A stretch of DNA of 24,000 bases, from NCBI RefSeq assembly GCF_002797595.1, contig NZ_PGFE01000002.1, positions 604,337-628,336 on the forward strand, in the 5' to 3' direction. Made by a program: the position numbers and the translations under genes. The DNA is from Sediminihabitans luteus (lineage in GTDB: Bacteria > Actinomycetota > Actinomycetes > Actinomycetales > Cellulomonadaceae). Positions 7,771 through 15,177 of this stretch are shown here, one piece after another. The first letter of the stretch is position 1. Each line of letters begins with the position of its first letter. The notes under the pieces are model-generated. The model searched no databases. It had not been told where the DNA came from and saw nothing but the letters and a program-made list of their open reading frames with translations.

Positions 7771-8398
7771 AGGCGAAGCGGTCGGGGTCCCCCGCGCCCA
7801 CACGCACGACCTCGGGTGCGCCGTCCGACCAGTCCACGACCGTGGTCGGCTCGGTGCCGCACTCCCCCGCGTCGATCACCGCGTCGACGAGATGGTCGAG
7901 CTCCTCCTTGACCTGCCAGCCGTCGGTCAGCGGCTCGGCGTGCTCGGGCAGCAGGAGCGTGCTCGTCAGGATCGGCTCCCCCAGCTCGCGCAGGAGCGCC
8001 GCGACGACCCGGTTGTCGGGGATCCGCACCCCGACGGTCCGCTTCTTGGGATGGGCGAGCCGGCGCGGCACCTCGGCCGTCGCCGGCAGGATGAACGTGT
8101 ACGGCCCCGGCGTCGCGGCCTTGATCGCCCGGAACGCCGCGTTGTCGATCTTGACGAGCTGGCCGAGCTGGGCGAAGTCCGCGCACACGAGCGTGAAGTG
8201 GTGCTTGGCGTCGAGGTGGCGGACGGCGCGGATGCGGTCGGTCCCGTGCGTGTTCCCCATCCGTGTGCCCAGCGCGTAGCACGAGTCGGTCGGGTAGGCG
8301 ATGAGCCCGTCGTCCTGCAGGATCGCGACCGCCTGGGCGATCGCACGGGGCTGCGGGTCGTGCGGGTGGACGTCGAGGTAGCGGGCCATGCCCGCCAT
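7769..8398 (-). CDS. yciO: YciO family protein (TsaC/Sua5/YrdC fold, threonylcarbamoyl-AMP synthase paralogue)
   Basis: The similarity to E. coli YciO as I recall it is close and full length: HP.DPQ.R.I.QAV, YPTDS.YALG, HHFTLVC.D, TPGPYTFIL, VPRRL, KRTVGVR.P, LGEP.L.STL.LP, PTTV.D. Shine-Dalgarno GAGGGAG lies 4 nt before ATG 8398. The gene starts only 11 nt downstream of the preceding stop. Confidence 0.85.
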   Translation of the reverse strand: MAGMARYLDVHPHDPQPRAIAQAVAILQDDGLIAYPTDSCYALGTRMGNTHGTDRIRAVRHLDAKHHFTLVCADFAQLGQLVKIDNAAFRAIKAATPGPYTFILPATAEVPRRLAHPKKRTVGVRIPDNRVVAALLRELGEPILTSTLLLPEHAEPLTDGWQVKEELDHLVDAVIDAGECGTEPTTVVDWSDGAPEVVRVGAGDPDRFA

Positions 8399-8409
8399 GA
8401 TGCTCCCTC

Positions 8410-9018
8410 TCAGCGGGTGCCGCGCGCGCGTCCCGCGGCGTCAGCCATCGCCCGGGCCGCCTCGCGGCTCTGGAACGCGAGCTGCGCCCGCTTGGTCCCG
8501 ACCAGCACGCGCGGGCCGAGCTCGAAGCCGAGCCGCTGCACCCGCGCGACCGCCGCGACGTTGTCCGCGTCAGGCTCGACGACCACCCGCCGCGCCGCGG
8601 GGGCCGCGTACACGAAGCTCTCGAGGACCACCCCGAGCACGGCCCACGCCGACACCGGTGCGGCAGGCTTCGCGCCGAGCAGGAAGTGCAGCCCGACGTC
8701 GCCCTCGGCGACCGGGTACGTCTCGCCGACCGGGTCGTGCGCCGGGTCGTAGGTCTGCAGCAGGACGAACGGCTCGCCCTCCCAGCACAGCAGGAACGCG
8801 TGGTGCGTCTCGAGCGAGTCGACGAACGCGTACGTCGAGCGCAGCTCGTCCCGGGAGAGTCCGCCGAGGCCCCAGAAGCCGCTGCCGCGGTGCGTGACCC
8901 ACGCGTGCACGAGGTCGAGATCGGCGACCGGGTCGAGCACGCGCACGCTCGCCGTGCCGCCGTGCACGGTCGCGGTGTGGACGGTCTCGCCGGGTCGGCC
9001 GCTCAGGAGCAGGGTCAT
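8410..9018 (-). CDS. Siderophore N-acyltransferase, IucB/DesC (Acetyltransf_8-type GNAT) family, second copy
   Basis: ATG 9018 overlaps the acylase stop (ATGA) and is preceded by GGAGGA. It is paralogous to the N-terminus of 11498-13882: VHAWVTHRGSGFWGL vs LHAWLTDPHAAFWAM, YDPAHDP..GDVGLHFLL vs YDPARV..GDLGMHLLV, RVVVEPDADNVAAV vs RVVVEPDVRNTAIA. Confidence 0.75.
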   Translation of the reverse strand: MTLLLSGRPGETVHTATVHGGTASVRVLDPVADLDLVHAWVTHRGSGFWGLGGLSRDELRSTYAFVDSLETHHAFLLCWEGEPFVLLQTYDPAHDPVGETYPVAEGDVGLHFLLGAKPAAPVSAWAVLGVVLESFVYAAPAARRVVVEPDADNVAAVARVQRLGFELGPRVLVGTKRAQLAFQSREAARAMADAAGRARGTR

Positions 9019-11501
9019 CGGTCCTCCGCAGACGTGGTCGGTGTGGTCGCTGTGGTCGCTGTGGTCGGTATGGTCGCTGTGGTCGGGCCGTTCGTACCCT
9101 TCGGGGCTTTCGGAGCGGTCGCGTCCGCGTGCTGCGGGGGCGCCGGGCTGCGTCGCGCGGGCGGACCGTCGCAGGACTCGTCGCGCACGAGCCGCTCCCA
9201 CCGGGTCTCGACCCGCACGGTGCGCCCCGCGAGCCAGTGCGCGTGCTGGTCGGCGAAGTGCGGGCTGCGCGCGTCGCCCGCGGCGCCGAACGGCACGCCC
9301 CACCGGCTCGCGTCGCGGTCCCCCAGGTCCCAGACCCATCGCGCGGCAGGCCCGCGCCAGCACAGGTCGCTCGCGCCGGGCGTGCTCACGGTGCTGCAGA
9401 CGCAGTCGGTGTCGCCGCTGAGCCGTGACGCGCCGCCTGCACCGTCATCTCCTGCACCGTCATCTCCTGCACCGTCATCGCCTGCAAGGTCATCGTCTGT
9501 GCCAGTGCCACCCGTGCGGCCGTCGCCCAGGCCCGGCACCTGAGCGCCTGGCACCCCGAGGAACGCGTGCACCGGCACCAGCGTGTGTGACTCGCCCCAC
9601 GTCGCACCAGCAGGCTCCGTAGCGAGCGACTCCGTGCCCGCCGCCGCCATGACCGCTGTCGTCGTGCCTGCCGTCGTGGTGCCGTCGTCCCGGGCGTCCT
9701 CCGCGACGAGGTCGTCGAGCGCGGCGCGGGCCAGCGCGCGACCGTCGACGCCGAGCGCGGCCGCCGTCCCGCCGCGCGTCAGGTGCTCGATCGCGTCACC
9801 CACGCGGGCGGTCACGTCGAACCACGGAGCGAGCTCGGGCGAGAGACCGTGCTCGGCACGCAACGGCGCGAGCGCGGAATGACCGGCGACGCGGCGCACG
9901 AGGTGCGACCGCCAGCGTGCGTACGTGGCGGCGACCCGCGACCCGGCGTCCATCCGGGCGTCCCAGGCGCGCAGCTCGCGCAGCACGGTCCGCGCGCCGG
10001 CACCCAGGTGCGGGTCGTCGGCGGGCGGCAGGAGGGCGAGCAGCCCCGCGACGCTCGCGAGGAACGTGTCGGCGTGCACCTGCTGCTGCCCCTCGGGCGT
10101 CCCGGGCACCTCGTCGAGCAGGGCGCGGACGCGGCGCGCGCGGTGCGGCGCGGCGTACGCGTGGCCGTACGCGACGTCGGGTCGTTCGTTCGCGTCGACG
10201 GCCACGTCCGTGACGACCACGGGTGCGGGCAGCACGCGGCGTCCGGGTACGGGGTCGCCGTCGGGCGCCTGTGGCAGGTGCCCGTGCGCGGGCGGGACGT
10301 CGGGCACGAAGCCCGCCGTCAGGCGCAGCACCGCGCCCGTGTCGTCGGCGACGAGCACCCGGTTGACCGGTTCGACCCAGCCCGCGAGCGCCGTGGCGAC
10401 GTCGTGCGCGGTCGTGGCGTACAGGAGGGTGCGCATGCTGGCGATGCCGAGGTCGTGGGTGCGGTGGCCGGGCAGGTCGAGCGCGTAGGCGTGCTGCTCG
10501 GCGGCCACGGGTTCGGTCTCCGTGGGGTCCGGCACGGGCGTGACGGGCAGCACGACGCCGCGCGGTGTCGTGCTGCGCCGCACGGGGTGGGTGCGCACGC
10601 CGTCGACGGTCCGCACGGTGAGGTGCACGGTCTCGGTGGGGGCCGGCTCCCAGCCGTGGGGGCCGTGCGCCTCGCGGGTGCCGTCGGTGTGCTCGCGCAG
10701 GTGCTCGTGCGTGACGGTGACCTGGTGGGCGACGGCGTTGGTGATCCCCCAGGCGACGCTGCCGGCGTGGGCGAAGTGCGCGACGCCGGGCACGCCGGGC
10801 AGTGCGAGCCCGAGCACGTCGTACGCGTCGCACGCGAGGCGGACCTGCTGGTAGGTGCCGGGCAGCTCGAGCACGCGGTGCGGGTCGCCGGCGAGCAGGG
10901 GGTGGCCCGTGGCGGTGCGCGCCCCGGCGAGGGCCCACGCGTTGCTGCCGGGGCCGGGGCCGCCGTCCGCGGCGAAGAGGTCGGCGAGCGCGGTCGCGGG
11001 GACGTCGGGGTGGTGGGGCGCGAGGGTGCGCACGACGTGGTCGCGCCAGAGCTGGTGCGGGAAGTCGTTGAACAGCACGTGCGCGACGAGCAGGACGCCG
11101 ATCGGCGTCCACGGCTGCCAGGGGGCCGGGTCGGGCGTGGGGCCGGGCAGCGTCTCGAGGGTGCGGTGCTCGGGGGTGTCGCGGCCGCCGTCGGCGAGGC
11201 CTGCGTTGACGCCGCGCGCGTACGCCTCGACCCAGGTGCGTTCGGGGTCGGCGAGGGCGGCGTACACGCGGCGCGCGGTCTCGTCGAGGCGCAGGTGGGT
11301 CGCCAGGACGTCCCAGTCGAGGGCGGTCTCGCCGAGGTGCGCGGCGAGGCGCGCCTCGGACCGCCACCGGTCGACCTCGATCTGCCAGCCGCGGTCACGG
11401 GCGGTGACGTACCCCTGGGCCTCGGCGAGCGTGAGCTCGTCGGGAGCGCGCAGGTGCGGCACGCCGTGGGCGTCGCGCCAGGTGCGCCAGCGGTGGGTCA
11501 T
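9015..11501 (-). CDS. Penicillin acylase (penicillin amidase) family Ntn hydrolase with no signal peptide
   Basis: ATG 11501 overlaps the upstream stop (ATGA). The N-terminus RDAHGVPHLRAPDELTLAEAQGYVTARDRGWQ is the conserved alpha-subunit start. The autoprocessing and nucleophile site is GPG|SNAWALAG, with the Ser codon at 10944-10946. The C-terminal GDTDCV...ARWVWDL...GDARSPHFADQHAHWLAG matches the family. The 11502-13127 part of the tracked ORF is off-frame junk. Confidence 0.85.
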   Translation of the reverse strand: MTHRWRTWRDAHGVPHLRAPDELTLAEAQGYVTARDRGWQIEVDRWRSEARLAAHLGETALDWDVLATHLRLDETARRVYAALADPERTWVEAYARGVNAGLADGGRDTPEHRTLETLPGPTPDPAPWQPWTPIGVLLVAHVLFNDFPHQLWRDHVVRTLAPHHPDVPATALADLFAADGGPGPGSNAWALAGARTATGHPLLAGDPHRVLELPGTYQQVRLACDAYDVLGLALPGVPGVAHFAHAGSVAWGITNAVAHQVTVTHEHLREHTDGTREAHGPHGWEPAPTETVHLTVRTVDGVRTHPVRRSTTPRGVVLPVTPVPDPTETEPVAAEQHAYALDLPGHRTHDLGIASMRTLLYATTAHDVATALAGWVEPVNRVLVADDTGAVLRLTAGFVPDVPPAHGHLPQAPDGDPVPGRRVLPAPVVVTDVAVDANERPDVAYGHAYAAPHRARRVRALLDEVPGTPEGQQQVHADTFLASVAGLLALLPPADDPHLGAGARTVLRELRAWDARMDAGSRVAATYARWRSHLVRRVAGHSALAPLRAEHGLSPELAPWFDVTARVGDAIEHLTRGGTAAALGVDGRALARAALDDLVAEDARDDGTTTAGTTTAVMAAAGTESLATEPAGATWGESHTLVPVHAFLGVPGAQVPGLGDGRTGGTGTDDDLAGDDGAGDDGAGDDGAGGASRLSGDTDCVCSTVSTPGASDLCWRGPAARWVWDLGDRDASRWGVPFGAAGDARSPHFADQHAHWLAGRTVRVETRWERLVRDESCDGPPARRSPAPPQHADATAPKAPKGTNGPTTATIPTTATTATTPTTSAEDR
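9034..9087. repeat. 9-bp tandem repeat x6 (GTGGTCGST) in the 3' tail of the acylase gene
   Basis: The units are gtggtcggt, gtggtcgct, gtggtcgct, gtggtcggt, atggtcgct, gtggtcggg. They encode PTTATIPTTATTATTPTT in the acylase frame. Confidence 0.9.
9436..9495. repeat. 15-bp tandem repeat x4 (CCTGCACCGTCATCT) inside the acylase gene
   Basis: Two copies are perfect and two diverged. The array is in frame and encodes DDLAGDDGAGDDGAGDDGAGG, inserted just before the conserved C-terminal GDTD block. Confidence 0.9.
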
Positions 11502-13882
11502 GCGCGGGCGGGGTTGGCGAGCGTGCCGGCGTACAGCAGGGACGACGACTGGTCGGTGAGGTCGACCATCTGGAGCGTGTTGCGCAGCTGGAGCCGGTTG
11601 AGGCAGCTGTGGGCGAAGCGCTGGGCGCGCAGGTCGACGCCGGTGCGCAGGTCGGGGTGCTCGGCGCGGTGGGTGTCGATGACGTCGGCGACCTCGGCCC
11701 AGAACGCGGTCTCGGGCAGGGTGCCGTCGACGGCGAGGATCCCGGCGAGGTGCCGCAGCACGCCGTCGAACACGTCGGTGAAGATCGCGAGCGCCTTCTC
11801 GGTGTCGTCGACGACGGCGCGCACGCGCTCGACCTCGGGCGGCAGGGCACGCTCGCCGAGCACGGCGACCTCCTCCCCGATGTCCTTCATGTACGCGCGC
11901 ACGGGCACGTGGTCGCGCAGCACGAGGATGAGGTTCTCGCCGTGGGGCATGAACGCGAGGTCGTGCGCGAGCAGCGCGTGCACGAGGGGCCGCAGGTACA
12001 CGTCGAGGTAGGCGCGCAGCCAGGTGCGGGCGTCCAGGCCCGAGCGGCGTACGAGCGCGGTCGCGTACGAGGCGCCGTGGGCGTCGCGGTGCAGGAGCGC
12101 GGCCATGGTCGCGCAGCGCTCCCCCGGCGCGGTGCGGGCGGTCGGGTTCTCGCGCCAGAGTGCGGCGAGCATCTTGCGGTGCGCGGACGGCGCGGCGGTG
12201 CGGTGGTACACGTCGCCGGTGTAGCCGATCGACGCGTGCTCGCGCAGCACCTCGAACCCGGCGAACCCGGGGTCGCCTGCGACGAGGTCGTGCACCCAGT
12301 CGTTGATCTGCGGCGTGACGCGCATGTAGGCGGGCGACAGGCCGCGCAGGAACCCCATGTTCTGGATCGCGAGCGCGACCTTGACGTAGTCGGCGCCGGG
12401 GCGGGTGCGGTTGAGCAGGGTGCGGATCGACTGCTGCGGCTGGTACTCGTCGGCGCCCGTGCCGAGCGGCACGAGGTCGCCGCGGGCGACGTCCGCGGCG
12501 AACGTGACGGGCACGCGGTGCTGCCACTGCCAGGGGTGCACGGGCAGCAGGTGGTAGGCGGCAGGGTCGTGCCCCCGCGCGGCGAGACGCTCGGTGAACG
12601 CGGCGTGCTCGTCGGGGGTGATCTGCCGCGCCAGGTGCGTGGCCTCGTCGAGGCCCGCGCCGAGCGCGAGGTGCGTGTGGTCGCGGTGCGCGGCGAGCCA
12701 CACGAGGCGCGTGCGGGCGCCGCGCTCGGGCGCGTAGGCGAGGTAGTCGTCGAGGGAGAAGCCGATGCGGCCGTTGTTGGCGACGAAGGCCGGGTGGCCC
12801 TCGGTCATGGCGGCCTCGACGGTCGGCAGGTCGGCGTCGGCGAGCTCGTCGGCGCGCGGGCCGCCCGCGTGGTCCTTCGCGGCGCCGGCGGCGAGCGTCG
12901 AGGAGACCTCCTCGAGGTAGGTCGCGAGCAGCGCGTCGGGGATCGCGAGCACGGGCTGGAGCTCGACCACGAGCGCGAGCGCGTCGAGGTCGGCGGCGGC
13001 GCCGTCGACCGTGCGGGTGATGCTCGGCTCGTCGATCACCCAGTGCTCGAGCGCGAACCGGGCGGCGCGGAACCGGTGCACGACCAGCCCGTGGTCGGTG
13101 TCGAGCGCGAGCTCGAACCAGGCCCACGTGGCCCGGTCCTGGGGGTCGGCCTCGGCATCCCCGAGCGCGCGGGGCGCGAGCAGCCGTTCGTGGCTGAGCT
13201 CCGCGAGGGTCTTGGCGACCAGGTGACGGTGCGCGCGGGCCATGGGTGACGCTGCGTCGCCGGTGTCTGGCGTGCCGGCGTCCGGCACGTCGGCGCCCGC
13301 GCGCAGGTGCGGCGCGAGGTCGACCCCGTCGCCCAGGGGGCTCGCGGCGAAGTCGTCGCGGGTGCAGACCGAGAGCGCGGCGCGCTTGCCGGGCAGGTCG
13401 ACCTCGCGCAGCACGCGGAACCCGGCGGCGGCGTTCTTGGCCGCGATCGCGGTGTTGCGCACGTCCGGCTCGACCACGACGCGTGCGGCGCCGAGGCCGT
13501 GGAGGCAGAACCGGACGACGGCGCTCATGAGCGCCGACGTGAAGCCGTGGCGGGGCGCGTCCCCGGGCGGGGCGACGAGCAGGTGCATGCCGAGGTCGCC
13601 GGGGGCGGCGTCGTGCACCTGGTCGAGCAGCACGCGCGCCGGGTCGTAGGTCTCGACGTAGACGGCGGGCTCACCGTCCACGGTCCCGAGCCACGGGGCC
13701 TGCGCCGGGTCCTGCACGAGCGCGTCGAGGTAGTCGCGCACCTGGGACAGGTCGTGGTCGCCCATGGCCCAGAACGCGGCGTGCGGGTCGGTGAGCCAGG
13801 CGTGCAGGGTCGGGGCGTCGTCGCGGGTCGCGGGACGCAGGACGACGGTCCCGACCCGTGTGCGGACAGTGTGCTCGTTCAT
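11498..13882 (-). CDS. Fused siderophore N-acyltransferase (IucB/DesC-like) and IucA/IucC-family NIS synthetase with an FhuF-like C-terminus (DfoC-type architecture)
   Basis: ATG 13882 overlaps the upstream stop (ATGA). The first roughly 180 aa are a GNAT domain, described under 8410-9018. The remainder carries IucA/IucC hallmarks: HPAFVANNGRIGF, LPVHPWQWQ, QQSIRTL, YVKVALAIQNMGFLRGLSP and PHGENLILV. Confidence 0.88.
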   Translation of the reverse strand: MNEHTVRTRVGTVVLRPATRDDAPTLHAWLTDPHAAFWAMGDHDLSQVRDYLDALVQDPAQAPWLGTVDGEPAVYVETYDPARVLLDQVHDAAPGDLGMHLLVAPPGDAPRHGFTSALMSAVVRFCLHGLGAARVVVEPDVRNTAIAAKNAAAGFRVLREVDLPGKRAALSVCTRDDFAASPLGDGVDLAPHLRAGADVPDAGTPDTGDAASPMARAHRHLVAKTLAELSHERLLAPRALGDAEADPQDRATWAWFELALDTDHGLVVHRFRAARFALEHWVIDEPSITRTVDGAAADLDALALVVELQPVLAIPDALLATYLEEVSSTLAAGAAKDHAGGPRADELADADLPTVEAAMTEGHPAFVANNGRIGFSLDDYLAYAPERGARTRLVWLAAHRDHTHLALGAGLDEATHLARQITPDEHAAFTERLAARGHDPAAYHLLPVHPWQWQHRVPVTFAADVARGDLVPLGTGADEYQPQQSIRTLLNRTRPGADYVKVALAIQNMGFLRGLSPAYMRVTPQINDWVHDLVAGDPGFAGFEVLREHASIGYTGDVYHRTAAPSAHRKMLAALWRENPTARTAPGERCATMAALLHRDAHGASYATALVRRSGLDARTWLRAYLDVYLRPLVHALLAHDLAFMPHGENLILVLRDHVPVRAYMKDIGEEVAVLGERALPPEVERVRAVVDDTEKALAIFTDVFDGVLRHLAGILAVDGTLPETAFWAEVADVIDTHRAEHPDLRTGVDLRAQRFAHSCLNRLQLRNTLQMVDLTDQSSSLLYAGTLANPARA

Positions 13883-15177
13883 CGGGCACCCCCGTCGGGC
13901 AGTCCGAACTGCTGGAACGCGATGCGGCGTTCGACCGGGTAGGGCTCGTGGCCGAGGATCGTCGAGAGGATCACGGCGTTGCGCCAGGCCCCCATGCCGA
14001 GGTCGGGGGCGGTCAGACCGTGCGTGTGCTCCTCGGCGTTCTGCACGTGCAGGGTCCGCGAGGGCTCGACCGTGTAGTCGCGCGTGACGGCGAGGCGTCC
14101 GCGCGCGTCGCGGTCGAGCAGGTCGCGCACGGGGCCCAGGAACGCGGGCTCCGCCGCGGCGTACCCGGTCGCGACGACGACGGCGCGCGTGCGGTGCGTC
14201 GTCCCACGGTCGAGCTGGGCGTGGTGCAGGCGCAGCTCGATGCCGTCGACGTCCGTGCTCGCCGCGACGACCTCGGTGTCGGTCAGGAGGGTCGTGGGCA
14301 CGCGGTGCTCGAGGCTCAGGCGGTACAGGGTGTCGTAGATGTCGTCGACGAGGTCGCCGCTGATGCCCTTGTACAGCCCGCGCTGCTCGCGCCCGAGCCG
14401 GTCGCGCAGCTCGAGCGGCAGCGCGTGGAAGTGGTCGGTGTACTCGGGCGACGTCATCTCGAGCGTGAGCTTGGTGTACTCCATCGGGAAGAACCGCGGC
14501 GAGCGCGTGACCCAGTCGAGCCGGTCGAGCGGGCCGCCGCCGTGCGGCGTGCGCAGCTCGCCGAGCAGGTCGCGGTAGATCTCGGCAGCGGACTGCCCGC
14601 TGCCGACGACGGTCACGTGCCCGGCGGCGAGCAGCACGGTGCGGCGCGCGAGGTACTGCGCGGAGTGCACCGCGCTGTCGCCGAGGTCGCGCAGCGCGGG
14701 CGGCAGCACGGGGCTCGTGCCCGTGCCGAGCACCACGTGGCGGGCACGGTAGGTCTCCACGGTGCCGTCGGCGAGCTCGGCGCGCGCGACCCAGGTGTCG
14801 GCGTCACGCTCGAGCGAGACGACCTGGCGGCCCCAGCGCAGCGACCCGAGGCGGGCGGCGGCCCACCGGCAGTACGCGTCGTACTCGGCGCGCAGCGGGT
14901 AGAAGCTCTCGCGGATGTAGAACGGGTACAGCCGCCCGACGTCCTTGAGGTACGCGAGGAACGAGTACGGCGACGTCGGGTCGGCCATGGTCACGAGGTC
15001 GGCGAGGAACGGCACCTGGATGGTCGCGCCGTCGATCATCATGCCGGGGTGCCAGCGGAACTCGGGCGCCTGGTCGACGAACACCGCGTCGAGGTCGAGC
15101 GGGTCGGCGAGGCACGCGAGGCCCAGGTTGAACGGGCCGATGCCCACGCCGAGGACGTCGTGCACGTGCGCGCTCAT
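13879..15177 (-). CDS. Lysine/diamine N-hydroxylase, FAD-dependent (IucD/DesB/PvdA family)
   Basis: ATG 15177 overlaps the decarboxylase stop (ATGA), with GGAGG 8 nt upstream. The FAD motif is GVGIGPFNLGLA and the NADPH motif is VVGSGQSAAEI. The upstream 15178-16284 portion of the tracked ORF is R-rich junk. Confidence 0.9.
   Translation of the reverse strand: MSAHVHDVLGVGIGPFNLGLACLADPLDLDAVFVDQAPEFRWHPGMMIDGATIQVPFLADLVTMADPTSPYSFLAYLKDVGRLYPFYIRESFYPLRAEYDAYCRWAAARLGSLRWGRQVVSLERDADTWVARAELADGTVETYRARHVVLGTGTSPVLPPALRDLGDSAVHSAQYLARRTVLLAAGHVTVVGSGQSAAEIYRDLLGELRTPHGGGPLDRLDWVTRSPRFFPMEYTKLTLEMTSPEYTDHFHALPLELRDRLGREQRGLYKGISGDLVDDIYDTLYRLSLEHRVPTTLLTDTEVVAASTDVDGIELRLHHAQLDRGTTHRTRAVVVATGYAAAEPAFLGPVRDLLDRDARGRLAVTRDYTVEPSRTLHVQNAEEHTHGLTAPDLGMGAWRNAVILSTILGHEPYPVERRIAFQQFGLPDGGAR

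Noticed and set aside
9018-9363. A longer version of the second acyltransferase, starting at 9363 or at the GTG near 9200, that would include the DHSDHT tract.
   Set aside because: The upstream part is R-rich and overlaps the conserved C-terminus of the acylase in another frame. ATG 9018 has a strong GGAGGA site, an ATGA coupling and the right distance to the first conserved GNAT block.
9783-13249. Plus-strand ORFs of 742 aa and 546 aa antisense to the acylase and synthetase genes, and the 1370-aa extension of the acylase ORF to 13127.
   Set aside because: They show antisense or off-frame composition (V/G/R/A-rich) and no recognisable domains. The minus-strand genes have unambiguous motifs and ATGA-coupled starts at 11501 and 13882.
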